64,000 nt of DNA from Octopus sinensis (lineage: Eukaryota). Numbering within the stretch: the first letter of the stretch is position 1; each line of letters starts with the position of its first letter. This document shows positions 38,685 to 52,439 of this stretch, one piece after another. The notes under the pieces are model-generated. The model ran no database searches and was not told the origin of the DNA. It was given only the letters and a program-made list of their open reading frames with translations. The position numbers and the translations under genes were made by a program. The stretch spans positions 868,001 to 932,000 of the forward strand of contig NC_042997.1 of NCBI RefSeq assembly GCF_006345805.1. The letters run 5' to 3'.

Positions 38685-39095
38685 TTGAAATAGAAATCAG
38701 CAAAAGGTGGAACCTGAAGACTAAAACAATACCTGTTGTCATAGGTTCCCTGGGAATGATAGCAAAAGGGGCTGATCGCTACCTAACTCAGATACCAGGA
38801 AACGCCAAAATGGCAGAAATTCAAAAGTTAGTGCTCATGGGAACTGCTCATATCCTACGCAAAATACTTTCTATGTAATCTCAAGTTTTAAAACAAACAT
38901 AATTTTCGTTTTTTTTCTTCTTTTTTTTTTGACATTCACTAGTACAACGCAAAATAAAAAACCAAATATATGGCACACTAGGCATAACAACTTCATGAAC
39001 TTCCAACCTGTTGTCTCTTGAGGTCTCTGGGTGAGACTTGGAGCCAACTTGTACAAATATAAAGCAAAAGTCAAACATAGAATAATAATAATAAT
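38685..39095 (+). mobile_element. R4/Dong-clade 3' end (REL C-terminus + 3' UTR + (TAA)n tail)
   Basis: EIEISKRWNLKTKTIPVVIGSLGMIAKGADRYLTQIPG...IQKLVLMGTAHILRKILSM*. Confidence 0.88.
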
Positions 39096-39936
39096 AACAA
39101 CAGCCTCTGATTAACTCTGACCTGCGTGAACTATCTGCCCATCTTATCCCATACAATACATTCTGCTCAACTTCAGTTACCGTACTAATCCCCTGCCAAC
39201 AAACCTTCTGTACTCTTCCTCATCTTCATCCTCATCATCATCATCATCACCATCAACATCATCATCACCCCCAACCACCCACCCCACCACCACCACCAAC
39301 ATTACGATCATCATCATCTACTGTTAATGCCACCTACTACTACTCACTTCTGCAGAATAATTTTCGTCACGTCAATTCAAAAACATGTCTTCTAATAGCA
39401 CAGCCTCGTTAATCCATCTAGTGCGTTAGCTATGACTTTTCATGTAAACAGCAATCTACCTACTCCATAATACTCTTGAAGTCATTCATCTCCGGAACAT
39501 CCATTAATGCATAATTGCTCTACAAACCTCGTGCCCGAACAAAATATGTTCTTGACGCGAGAGTGCTGGTTACAACCTAATTGCCTTTTCATTCACCTCG
39601 AATTTACTAGAGACCCACGTAAAAAGCATACAACTAACCAAAACCAATGCCATTCTGCTTTTCTAAGATTTTCTACATTATGTTTTCAGGAAATCTTTCT
39701 TTAAATGTTGTAACTGTACCTAATGTTTTTGTAAAATTTTCTCAGTATATATGTACAGAGACACAGGCACATACACACACCACAAACAAATATATATATA
39801 TATATTCTACAATATAATATATCACTTTATAACTACTTGTCTATAATATATATATAATATATATTTTATCTACACACACAAATAAGAAAAAAGAAATTAA
39901 TTACAAAAATAGAAATTAATTACAAAAATAGATAAT

Positions 39937-39998
39937 ATCTGACTGTTTCGATTCGGACTTTAAAAATTGAATCAGTGTAAAGTTGAATCTCGTCGGAG
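39937..39998 (-). ncRNA. Type I HHR-like motif (U4>C)
   Basis: Minus strand CCU-CCGACGA-GAUUC(long loop)GAAUC-GAAAC-A-GUC-AGA: 5 bp stem II, GUC triplet. Confidence 0.62.
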
Positions 39999-40970
39999 GT
40001 AGAAAGAGATTTACCATTACACTTTCATGTTTTTATGTGTTAATTGTACGGAGCATTTCGGCTGAGAAATGTTTTATAGAAAAATAACTTGGTATAAACC
40101 TTGTAAAGAGGTGGGGAGGTAGTATGTTTAGTGAAGTAAGTACAAAATATAATATAATATGATTTGGGTATACGTTAAAAGCATAAAGAGGAGTAATATA
40201 TAGTAATAAACCGTATATTTAAGAATCAAATTAATATGGGGATAAATATATCTATAAAATTTTAAGTAATATAATATATAAGTATGTAATAAAATATATA
40301 ATATATTTTTATCTCTGATAATTATTTTTCTATACCTTTCGTGTATCTTGGGTATTGTAATTACTTATATTTACCTCCCTTGGCCACTATTTTGCACACT
40401 CAGTCATGTCATCGCCAAAACTTAAAATAGTAATAAAAAAAATTAATATATGGGATTTCTCCTTACAGTTTTATTTATACAAATAGCATATTTACTATGC
40501 TCCTATTTTGTTTGCTTCTTCCTTTATTTACTTCTATTGTAAATTTCACACAAGAGCCTTTTACTCCTTAAATCGTAATATAACTATGATATTTTTTCTT
40601 TGATATAAGAAATTTTTACTCGCTCCTTATAAATATAGCACATTAACTCTGTTTTCTATATTATTTCTGTTTTCTTTCTTTCTCCCTTTCTTTCCTTATT
40701 ACATATGAAATTACCATTAATGATACTTAGATAATTTGAAAGCTACGTATTTTAAAATATGACCAATACACTCTCTTTTATTTATTTGATTAACACAAAT
40801 TAGATTTAGGGGTGCCTGTTTCTGTACTAGTGTACATAAGTACGTATATTAAATACATTTTTATTTATTTATTTACTATCATATTCGTATTTGCATTTTT
40901 ATTTTCATTGAAGTCTATTTGAGCATAAGTAAACTTTTGAATTTGAATCTAAGTAGCAATATAGTTTTGC

Positions 40971-41011
<41 letters not shown>

Positions 41012-41124
41012 TTTAATCCAAACAAGAAAACACCGAAAAAAAGAAAAAAAGAGAAAAAACACAGCAACGCAGGACGTGGAACAATTAAAGTATTATTGAC
41101 GCTCAGGAAAGAAGGGAAGGAGGG

Positions 41125-41158
41125 TTTAACGTTTCGAGCGGAGCTCTTCGTCGTAAAC
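41125..41158 (-). ncRNA. Minimal HHR-like motif (degenerate C3/U4) in a pLTR-like fragment (about 41045-41240)
   Basis: GUUU-ACGACGA-A-GAGC(UCC)GCUC-GAAAC-GUU-AAAC; same family as 1438-1472 (shared GCTCAGGAAA context). Confidence 0.62.
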
Positions 41159-42028
41159 AAGGAGAAGGAAAGATCCCAAGGAGGGAAGACAGAGGAGACA
41201 ATATTTGAGCTGGTGGTGCTTAAGAGATCACATGTTGAAAAGAACAGAATTTGGAGGTAGTTGAAAAATGGTTTTATAATGCAAGAGAGTTCCAAAAAAA
41301 GGGAATGCCTGTGTGTGTGTGTGTGCAAGATGACAAGTGTGTTTGTGCGTGCGCGCGTGTGTGTGTGTGTGTGTGCAAGATGACAAGTGTGTTTGTGCGT
41401 GCGTGTGTGTGTGTATTTTTGGTGAATAGAAGTAATGACAAAGCCAGCTGTGGTGATGACTGCTAGCTGTTTGTGTCAAGGTAGGTCAAAGACAGGTCAA
41501 AAAACATCATATGTGTGTGTTGTTTGTAGTGTGTGTGTGTGTGTGCAAGTGTGTGTTCGTGTGTGTATGCGTAGAGTGTGGGTGTGTGGCGTAACCCTAG
41601 TACGTGTGTGCTTGTACGTGCGTGTGTGTGTGTAGGGGGATGTATATGTGGGTTCATTTGTGTGAGAGTGTATGTATGTGCGTGTATATGTGCGTTTGTA
41701 TGTGTTTGTGTGTATGTGTGCGTGCGCGGATAGGTGTATATTGTGTATGTATATCTGTCGGTGTGTATGTGAGTTTGTGTGTGTTTGTACGCGTGTATGT
41801 GTGTGTGAGTGTATAGTATATATATATATGTAAATGTGTGTGTGTGTGTGTGTGTGCGTGTGTGTGTACGTGCGTGCGAGTGAATGTATGTATATATGTG
41901 TGCGTGTGTGTACAATGTAGGGGCTTATATGTGTGTTTATATGTGTGTGTGTATGTATGTGTGTATGTGTGTGTATGTATGTATATATATGCGTGTATAT
42001 ACATATATATATATAGATATATATATAT

Positions 42029-42079
<51 letters not shown>

Positions 42080-43019
42080 AGTTCTTATGTAATTGTTATA
42101 GTGGACAAGAAATGTTAAGGCAAGGCAAACATCTCAATTCATACACATTATTAATATTGGAAAAACATTTTAAGTCTTACAGCTGTTTCTATGATATTCC
42201 AGAGCATGGGATGTTCTGTCATCGGAGAATATTATGGAAAATGAGAAGGGTATAGATTAATGAAATGACGACATAGAGGACAGGAGTAAAAGGAATAAGG
42301 GAATGAAGACAGAGAAGAAGAAAGAAGCGTAAAAGTTCACAGTACAAGTTTATGATCTTGTAGAAATAAGTCAACAAGTCCTTAGTTGCAATCCTGCGCA
42401 ACTCCATATAGACGCGAACATATCAATGTTCAATAACAGAATTAAGTGATAAAAAGAAAGAAAAGTAAATAAATAGAAAGAGAGGAGCTAGAGTGAGGGG
42501 GTTAATTAAGGATTGGCTTTAAGGATAAAGTAAGGGATATAAACATATAGTGTCTAAGAATATAGTGTACAAAAACAGGCAAGAAGATAAGAGAGAAGGG
42601 GAAGATAACGTAAGAAAATAAACAAAATAGAGCAAAATGAAAGGAACCTAAAGAATGTAGTAGGTGCCAGTGGTATTCTTCTAACCTATAGGCGTTGGGG
42701 GAAATCTAGTTGTAAATACTTGCGTCCTTTCTGGCTAAGGACAGGGGCTGTAGAGGTGTTTTTTTATCAATGGGGCTATGGGTGAGTAGGTAGTCACGAA
42801 TGGAGAAAATTGTTGAATGTTAAATTATTTAGGAGTAGGAGTTATAATTAAATATTAGGGGATATGTTAGGTTAAGGTTTAAAAATAAATTAAAGAATTA
42901 ATATTTATCTTATAAAGGGATCAGCTTAGATTGATGGAAGAGATATAGAAGGGTATATGTTAATGACCATGGATGTGTGTATGTGGGTATTATTCGTGGG
43001 AGTGATCTTACATTTAGAT

Positions 43020-43430
43020 TTATGAAACACTTTAAAAATGCGAAGAATTTGTGCTTACACGTAGTGAATGCATCGCTTTGTTTATTAAGCAATTTTGGTG
43101 AGTTATGGGTTAAATTATTGAGGGCTTCTTTTAAGCAGAGTCAACAAATGATGTGCTGGCAGTGATACGGGATATCAGAGTCTAATATAACCCAGGAAAG
43201 TCGAAAATGTATTTTTCTATTAATCAGATTGTGTATGTGGATGGCTAGTGATGTGGAATTGCTATTCTCTTTATATTTAAACGAGTTTAAATGTGCAGCA
43301 AAATATCTTGGTTTAAAATTTGTGGTAGATGTAATGTTGTAGCTATAGGAGTCATTTACTATGTTGTAAACGGTGATTGGTATGTGACATTGAATCTTCT
43401 GCACTGCAGCGGGCAGTCTGTCCCAGATCT
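43020..43430 (-). mobile_element. PLE GIY-YIG endonuclease fragment
   Basis: VYNIV..TNFKPRY.AAHLNSFKYKENSNSTSLAIHIHNL..LSWVILD..PYHCQHIICCLCLKEAL..LLNKQSDAFTTCKHKFF. Confidence 0.85.
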
Positions 43431-44510
43431 GGAGCGGCAGCTATCAGTTCAACGTTAAATAATAAGTTAATTAAAAAATGTATAGTAATGTATAGTATAC
43501 GTAGCTATCCAGAAATATATATCTGTGCGTGCCTGCGTTTTAACGAGATATGTAGAGTAAAAAAAAATCTATAAAAAGGACTTGTTAATTTTGTAATAGA
43601 CGATGGCATAATTTTTATCCATAATTACATGCACAAATTCACTAACTTCATACCGAATTACTGTTAAAAAATTGACTTCAATATCAAACTTTTTTTTGCC
43701 ACATAACTATAAATTCGTACTTAAATATATTACAAGCAATTTATGGCCATGTTTCTCATTTTAATAAAATAAATATTGACTTTGGAAGCATTCTTAATAT
43801 TCTCTCGCACTTATGTAGAAAAGGAAGAAATATTTTCTGTATAAACTAAGTCTGGAAATTCCTAGAAATGCCTGCGGATGTTTCGCTGATCTAATTTTTT
43901 CAATATACATTTTCGTTCTCACCATACTTTACTCCACACAAGAAGCTGAATAATTTCAGTCGCAAATACAATATATCAATTTCCTATTTCTCTTTCTGAT
44001 CAGCAATATATGTATCTTACATTTTTGCGTAAGTATTGATGTATTGGGTTTCAATAAATATGGTTTGGTAGATTTAAAATTTTCTTTCCAATTTCTGTGG
44101 AGTTTTGACGCAGCCTCCACAGGTCTATGAAGAAGGCTTGCAAAGAACATATGTAGAACTGCTTGCTTAAACTAGATATAAAAAAAAATCTATATCCCAA
44201 AGTATTGCCATAAAGTATGGTCAGAAAAATCTCGAGTGATTTTGTATTATTTCGCACTAGCTGCATTGTCGTTCCCATTACTTGAGACAAGAGATAACGC
44301 TTGTAGCTTCCCTATATCTTTCTGCCTTCCCTTTTTACCCGTTCAACACAGGTCATTGAAGTTATATTATTAACAAGTGATTGTAGCATAGTAAATAATG
44401 TGTTTGCAAATAATACATGTTGGAAGCGACCTACGATATTTTTTGCATTTAAAAGAGCCATAATCTAAGAGTTGTAAAGATAATGTGGGATACAATTTCT
44501 GTCCTTGCAG

Positions 44511-44597
44511 ACGGAGATTAGTTTGGGATGTATAATATTTTTGTCGTTAAATAGAATGCAGCAGAATTGTCTTAGAGATGTTGAGTTAGAATATCAG
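44511..44597 (+). CDS. Candidate 87 bp exon (TEISLGCIIFLSLNRMQQNCLRDVELEYQ)
   Basis: tttctgtccttgcag| acceptor and CAG|gtagaa donor, open phase 0-0. Confidence 0.25.
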
Positions 44598-45936
44598 GTA
44601 GAATGGTGCTGTTAATCACAGTGGAGACTGCCTGATACCAATGGCAGTAAATTGGTTTTGCAGTTTCTCTAAATGAAAACTTCCCAGTTAACGAGATAGA
44701 ATAGAACATTTTAACCAGGTTTTCATCTTCAATCACAGTGATAAAAAAAGAATCTCAAGATGAAAATTATTGTTTTTTTACAAATGCCTATCCCCCTCAA
44801 GATGGCCGATTTAAATGTCTTATTTCGGGACATTGTATGAAACATACAGGAGTTATGCATTCATTAAAAGAAAGAACGGTTCAAAAATAATGGGAGCAAA
44901 AAAGTTTCAGTGACAACCAATGCTAGATTTAAGCTAATTCGAAACCGCTTTTTTACTTGATGACGATATGGACGTTGAGATGAGAGACGATAGACGATTT
45001 TCGGACCATATTCTCTTTGTCTATACGAGTAGATGCTTTTATTTAAATCCGGAACAAAATTACGTACATGCTGATAGTCCAGTAAAATTTGGAGAATAGA
45101 GGAGCTGCTACGAAAGGAACGTTAAGGGCTCTGCAAATATAGGCTACCTCTCTGAAAATGAAAAGCATGAAAAGTCAACCATAATGTCTACGTATATAAA
45201 TATTAATTATTTATAGAGTTTGCCTCTAAAAGCTATTGGTTTCCATTTCTTCCAAAATGTCAGAAAAAATTTTCGCTTCCATGCAGGCTTTCCGATTCAC
45301 AACTTCTTGAATTGCATCACGTCGTTTAATATATTTAAAAAGAGACATTCATTTACCGTATTAGCCAACGTATCGAGGGATTTTATCACCCCACAGTTAT
45401 GATAGCGTACGCAAAGTCAATATTTCGGTTTTTATTCAAAAATGCTTTTCACTCATTCAGTGGTGGCTCTCGTTTAACATGCATTATAGAAAACAACTGG
45501 ATTCAGTGATTTGAATAGTATAGCATACCTTTATTATGACACAGGCCATTGTCTGTAAATGTTCTATGTACAATTATAGTGATTTTCCCTGTTGTTCGAA
45601 AAATATAGTTTAAGCTTCGAAACATTGTTACGTTGAAAATATTTCATAAACAATTTATTTAATTGTATTTAGGAAGATGAATATTTATTCCGGTGGCTTT
45701 AGATTCTACGTTTATTAGATTTTAGCATCATTGCAACAGAATAGCGTATTAAAATCATAATGGAACTAAGCTGTAAAAAACCCCTGAACATTAACAAGGC
45801 AATTTAAAATATTACGTAAGCCAGAACGAATTAAAATGTTTATTGCTTCAATCAATCACCAACCAACAGTACTTATGCTCTATTGATATCAAGTTTATTT
45901 AATTTAACATCGACAACACCAACAATAGCAATGATG

Positions 45937-46015
<79 letters not shown>

Positions 46016-46620
46016 CTAATACTATTCATACTTAATTAAACGGATGGGTTAAATGATTATTGAGAGACTGTGATGAATCGTAACATGTGAAACAATAATA
46101 CGCTGACATAAATAGTAACATACAAAAGAGTTTACCCACTAAATATCTCCCATACGAAAAATGTTAGTATTACTTCTACGTGATATACGTTGTTAGCATA
46201 TATAAAAACTTAAAGATGTAAATATTTAAATGCAAGTGTATATCGGAGCTAATTGGGGATATTTAAGCGCCGAAATTAATAGTGATTCCTTCAGGTTGAA
46301 ACAGAGAGAGAGAGGGGAGAGAGAGAGAGAGAGGGAGAGAGAGAAAGAGAGAGAGATAGAGAGAGAGAAAGAAAAAAGAATATGGAGACAGATGTAGAAT
46401 TTAGTTTTTGTTTTTGGTCAGCTACTACTCCTTGATTCGCTAGTACAGCCTATGTTTTGAGGAAATACCACAACATCCTATAATTATGATTTGCCAACAC
46501 AGCTCCGATCTCGTGTTTATATACCCTTTTTTCTCTCACTTTCGAATCAACCACCTCAACTAACATTCTTCTTCTTCTTCTTCTTCTTCTCTTCTTCTTC
46601 TTCTTCTTTTTCTTCTTCTT

Positions 46621-46649
<29 letters not shown>

Positions 46650-46651
<2 letters not shown>

Positions 46652-48290
46652 TTATTATTATTATTATTTGTTTCTCCACAGGTTCTAACGCTGGAACTAA
46701 GGTAACACCCCTTACTTTTCGAGCACCATCCGGTTTGTTCGAGCGGTTCCAAGCAGTGGTGCTTTCTGCAAGTACTCCATCATTATTGCAGCTCCTATTT
46801 GTTCCATGTAGTTCTCATGAGTTTTACACACTGTTCCCAATTATTGATAAAACTTCCAAGTTTTTCAGCGACCACTACTGCTCTACCTCTCAAGCTAACC
46901 CGTCATATTTATCGACATTTCCTTCTTCCTTATCGCATACCTTGTTGTCAGCTGGGCATGCTGTATCTATCATTCAGCATACGTTGTCGCACTGAATCAT
47001 AAAATGCCATTGGATCTTTGCATTATCATTTTCGGGATTATGTTCGTACTACTATTTTGCTCTGCCAAGTCCATACTTATTGCAAAGTGTCCAGTGGACA
47101 ATCCTTGCTATATTGTTATGACGTCTCTTATATTCCTTCTGGGCTAGTGCGTACATTGATTGGTAATATGCCATACGGTTTCTCCATTTTGTCCTCAAAT
47201 ACTGCACTTATCACTTTCAGATGGGTTGTCTATTCTGTATTTGAAGTCATTGGTTCTTAATGCTTGCTCTTGGCAGCACAGATTAGAGCCTCCGTTTCTG
47301 GTTTTAAATCCCTTTTAGTCATCCATATCTATCTTTTTTCTCCGTCTGTCTTATCTTCGTTATCCCTATGAAATTTTTCATGCATTCTTTTTTTATCCAT
47401 CTATTTTCAGTTTCATTCATTCTCAAGTGCTTGTACATGTTTTACCTTTGCAATCCACCGTCCTACACAGGCCTGACCTTCTTACTTCTCCCAATAGCAG
47501 TTCTATGGCATTTTTACATACCATGTTATGTTGCTTTCTTTTGCTCTAATGCTGTGTCCGCATCGGATTAGTCTTCTTCCGCGTGATTTTATTGGTACAT
47601 ACAGCCAGTCTGTATCACTTTTCGGGTGGGTAATCCCATATCTAGTCAGCAACTTCTTTATCTTTCTGTCTAAGGTGCTTATTTCGTCTGCTCTCCATGC
47701 GTTTACCCCTGCTCCATATCTAAGTAGTGAAACCGCCCAGGTGTTAATAGCTTCAATCTTCCTCTGTCCATTTAATTTCGACTTAAGTATCAGTTTCAAT
47801 CTGAGCAAGTACTCCACCTTAATTTTTTTCAGTCATATATCTCTCCATCAATATAATTCCCAAGTACTTAGAGCTCGTTTTTTCTATCTGCCACATAACC
47901 TCCCCGACAGTATCGCTAGCTCGTCCATACTTTTAATTTTACCTATCTTCAAGACTTATGCATCCCGCTTACGCATTCCGAACTCTATTCTGATATCAGC
48001 ACCGAAACTAGACACCGTATCAACGTGGGAACTGACTTGGGCTTCATTTTTACCATAAAGGTTGAGGTCATCCATGAATAACAAATGGTTGATTTTTCTT
48101 GGCAGGTTTTGAATACAACCCAGCATTTGCTTTCCTCAGAATCAGTGTTAGTGTTATCATGCACAGTACAAAGATCAGTAAGGACAGGACGTCCCCTTGG
48201 AAGATACCTTTCCTGAGGTCAATTGTTTTTAAACTTCTTCCATGTGCTTTCAGGTTAATTCTCCACTTCGCCATACGTTTTCCAAGCAAT
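46650..48290 (-). mobile_element. R4/Dong-clade LINE, 5'-truncated (RT domains 4-7, zinc knuckle, REL) ending at (TAA)n
   Basis: GIFQGDVLSLLIF (48191-48199 QGD), NHLLFMDDL, LKSKLNGQRKIEAINTWAVSLLRYGAG, DLKPETEALICAA, degenerate AQKEYKRRHDN. Confidence 0.9.
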
Positions 48291-48294
48291 CATA

Positions 48295-48900
48295 CGTCAT
48301 GTTCGGTCTTCTGCATGTTTGTTATATTCGGCCTTCGGTGCTCTAACACCTTGTCTGTCTGGAAGGCAAAGTCCCATAGGATTTTTGCCTTCTCCTTTTC
48401 GTCCTTTACCTCTTCCGGTGTATGTTGGTGCCAAGGAGCCTTAACATCATATCCATACTTACGGCATAGTAGCCAGTGGAGGTTTTGGGATACTTTGTCG
48501 TGTCTACGCTTGTACTGTTTCTGCGCAAGACTTTCACAATCGCTAACAATGTGAGTCACACTTGCTACCCTCTTCCCACGCATTCTGCAGAGGCCCGATG
48601 CACTTGAGTGGTATATATTCTTTTTCCCAGAATTGGTATTCAATGCCTGATCCTGGGCTGCAATGATTAGGCTTTCAGTATTCCTTTTTGAGCCACCTCT
48701 ATGATGCTTCTTAGTCTTTAAATTTACTGGTTTCGCGGTGGAACTGACTATGAAATTCCATAAGGAGTAGGGTTTCTTCTCTCTCGTTGGGTATTCATGG
48801 GCACTCTCATGTCCAATTTTGTTAAATCCTTCTGCATTAGCATCATACTGTAACAGGTCTTCTTTGATGTTTACCAAATATTCCGCCATGTTTCTTCTTT
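48295..48900 (-). mobile_element. Second Dong-subfamily fragment (CCHC + REL N-part)
   Basis: TESLIIAAQDQALNT, CRMRG...THIVSDCESLAQKQYKRRHDKV, KILWDFAFQTDKVLEHRRPNI; same subfamily as 37300-37950. Confidence 0.9.
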
Positions 48901-50579
48901 CACTGTTGATGCGCTCCCATATGATACTATTCTTCGTCGTCGTCATCGTCTTCTTCTTCTTCTTCTTCTTCTTCTTCTTCTTTCTTCTTCTTCTTCTTCT
49001 TCTTCTTCTTCTCTTCTTCTTCTTCTTCTTCTTAGCTGTGCATTTTCTTTGTATCATGTCACTTCTTTTGACCTCAAGTCCCTAGGGATGCTTTCTCGGT
49101 ACCAAATAAAGACAGTTTCAAGTAGTGCCGCATTGACTTCAATCTCCAAATTTCTATGCGTACTTCCCGTCTGCTTACCACTAAACCGAGTGATCCTAGA
49201 ATGATAAGAATGATTCATATCTTCCAACAGTACCATAATCATTCAATCTCAGTTTGCAAATAATGGCATCAACCAATTCGATCTCTTTAATTTCAGATCA
49301 CTTTCGTATCAAAGTGACTTGCTACATATGTCAAAATGCAAGGTCTCTTCTCTTTATCTTTGTCCGGGCTTAGAATATTCGACTGTGTTCTCAATCTGTA
49401 TCAACATGTCCTACAGTGTCTTCAGAATGTCACTCTGCGTAGATGAAGTCGTTTCATATTTTTTTTGTCAAATTTTGTCAAATTTTGCAGTGAAAGCTGC
49501 AAGTTCATCATGGCTTCAGTTTTATAGTACGCGTGTGGAAATATCTGGAGCTCATTTACCATATATTTTTTAATATTTATAAATATTTACATGATATTAA
49601 TATAATAAATAAAAATATAATATATTCATTATATATGTAGACACCCTGTATTACAGTGTTTGCACTGTTCATAGATGCTCTCTTTGTCAATAAGTTTTCC
49701 ATATGTCCCTTGTCTGAAATGTTTGATCTTTTGCAGCAATGTTCAGTTTTTCCACCATCCTTCTTCGGCCAATTCCATGTTAGCTGCTGGAGTAGCATTC
49801 ATTGCTATTGTAGAAGTATCAAGAATTTCCTCGGTCTCTGGTCTCTTTGCCCCAATTCTCTCTTTTCCAATGTGATGATGCTGGCTACATATATATATGC
49901 CGAAATTGCTAAGATGATCCGGTTCCTGACTGAAGACTAGAGGCTTCGAATGACCTGTCTATTCTTTTGTGTCGTCTCTTTGTTTAGTTTGCGTTCTTGT
50001 CCCCTTTTGTACATTTTATATATAAGTTTTATATATATATATATACATACACAATTTAAATATTTTTAATTTTGTATGTAAAAATATCTTAATCTTCGGA
50101 TTTTTTTAATATGGTGGGCCACTGGTTTTAATTGATTAATATCAATTTCTACCCTTATTAAATTTATATATATATATATATATACATAATTTATTTTTAT
50201 ACTTTTTGAGATGTAGTTATATGTTTTATAAAAATATATGATATTTATTATTTATGTTTTGGTTTATGTCTATCACTGTTTGAATTGCATAATAGTAGTT
50301 TTATCTCTAATTTGTATTTTATATATTTATATTGTGAAATTTGATTTAATACTAATTTGAATTTTTCCCTGTAAGTTTGGAGTTATACACCCTTATATAA
50401 TTATTATACACACACAGACACATATATATGCATACATACATACCTGCATACATACATACACACACACATATATATATATATGTCATCGTCATCATCATCA
50501 TCATCATCATCTTCTTCTTCTTCCTCTTCTTCTTCTTCATCATCATCATCAACATCGTCATCATCATCATCACCATCAC

Positions 50580-50610
<31 letters not shown>

Positions 50611-50883
50611 TTCTTCTTCTTCTTCTGCTTCTTCTTTTTCTTCTTCCCTACCAAGAATTCACAACGACCTCGAACCCACAAGTATAAACAAGAGAGACAG
50701 AGAAAGGCAGAAATAAGGAGAATGCCATTTATATTTGAACACTATAATTTCTTTTAATTTTTTCTAAATCTAATTATTTAATCGTTACAGTTGAAAAGGT
50801 CTCAAAATGACTGAAACTGGTACTGAAATGTTCTTTATAAAATTATTTTAACATTTTCTATCTTGACTTGCTTTTTCATATAT

Positions 50884-50937
<54 letters not shown>

Positions 50938-50939
<2 letters not shown>

Positions 50940-51052
50940 ATAGAGGGCATTATTACACATAAATGCCTCACACTAGGAGGGACAAAGTCATTACTACAAA
51001 AATTATACTAATCATACCCTTATTAAGAGATTATCCTTAATTGTTAAACTTA
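50938..51052. repeat. Short diverged relative of the 62-63 kb HHR unit, between (TA)n tracts
   Basis: TAGAGGGCATTATTACACATAAATGCC..GGGACAAAGTCATT..CTAATC resembles 62350-62470; ends with CCTTAATTGTTAAA, the reverse complement of the unit start. Confidence 0.6.
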
Positions 51053-51385
51053 TATATATATATATATATAATGATACCAATAGTAGAGCTATTGTATGCA
51101 GCCTAAAGATTTTATAATCTGCCTATGATATTCACTTAATGTCTTGTTCTTCACCATTTCGCTCTTGATATCGTCGGTCTCTAGGATACACAGGTCTTAG
51201 ATTCGTTACTGTGCCGGGAAAATTACTTAATGCCATTTCTCCCGGCTCTTTACGTTCTGTGTTCTAGTAATCACTTTAAACCTCTCCTGAAATTTGCAGG
51301 ATTTTTGCCAAAATTTGAAAAGCTTCTTGTAGTTGTTTCTGTTGTTGTTGTAGTTTTTGTTGACGTGTGTTTAATTTTTTAATCA

Positions 51386-51581
51386 TTTTTACTTGTTTCA
51401 ATCATTTGTTTGAGGCCATACTAGAGCACTGCCGTAAAGAGTGTTAGTCGAAGGAATCGATCCACAGACTTCTTCTTTGTAAGCCTCATACTTTTTCTCT
51501 CGCTCTCTTTACGGGAACATACACACACCAGCATCAGATGTCAATTGATGGCAGAGGGAGGGAATACAAACACACACACAA

Positions 51582-51645
<64 letters not shown>

Positions 51646-51740
51646 ACGGGCTTCTTCCAGTTTCCATCTACCAAATCCACACACAAGGCTTTGGTCGGCC
51701 CGAGGTTATAATAGAAGGCACTTGCCCAAGGTGCCATGCA
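51386..51740 (-). mobile_element. SINE family A, head missing
   Basis: CACTTGCCCAAGGTGCC, TTTCCATCTACCAAATCCAC, internal (TA)n, tail. Confidence 0.88.
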
Positions 51741-51783
51741 GCTACACCCGCGCCTATAGTTGTTATTGTTGTTGTTGTTGTTA

Positions 51784-51841
<58 letters not shown>

Positions 51842-51865
51842 ATTATTATTATTATTATTATTATT

Positions 51866-52070
51866 GAGATGAGCTCGCAAAATCATTAGCACGCCGAAGA
51901 AAATGCTTAGTAGTATTTCCTTCCGGGTTTACGTTCTGATTTTGAAGTTCTGCCGAGATTGAATTAGCCTTTCATTATTTGAGTGTCTATAAAATAAGTA
52001 CCAGTTGAACATGGAGGTCAATGTTATTTAATATCTCCCTCATCTAATATTTCAAATTGTGTGCCAATAA
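51866..52070 (+). mobile_element. SINE family B, degenerate
   Basis: TTAGCACGCCG..AAATGCTTAG..TTACGTTCTG..GCCTTTCAT..AAGTACCAG. Confidence 0.8.
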
Positions 52071-52439
52071 ATATATAGATTATTATTGTTATTTTTTCCT
52101 TGATATTTTCGCACATTCCCATTGAATCACATAGTGGACCTCAGTGTTCCTGCAGTGTGCGCAGTGTTGTGTGATATTTTTTGTGTGTATTGTAGAGCAA
52201 AGAACCCCTGCTGTGTCCTGCATCAGTTTATTTCGTTACGACGTTTAGCTTGGTTCTTGTGTTATAGTGTTCTTCAGTCTGTTGTGTATACTGTGTGTAA
52301 TGTGAGCTATGTCACTTTAATAGAAATTAATCTTGTAGACTATATGTTGCATGTGCTGTTTTGTTTTAATTTATTAGGTGTTTATTGTGTAGGGGGTGTG
52401 TTGTGTGTTAAGCTTGTTCTGTTTGAGCTATGGTATTGA

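Noticed and set aside
49920-49960. CTGACTGAAGAC..GCTTCGAAT HHR-like motif and possible PLE 5' region at 49260-49870
   Set aside because: Core too degenerate and no diagnostic protein motif in the adjacent sequence
51155-51180. CCGACGA-TATCAAGAGC-GAAA (minus) HHR-like motif; similar weak hits near 26610, 34500 and 60020-60080
   Set aside because: No convincing stem II/stem I pairing
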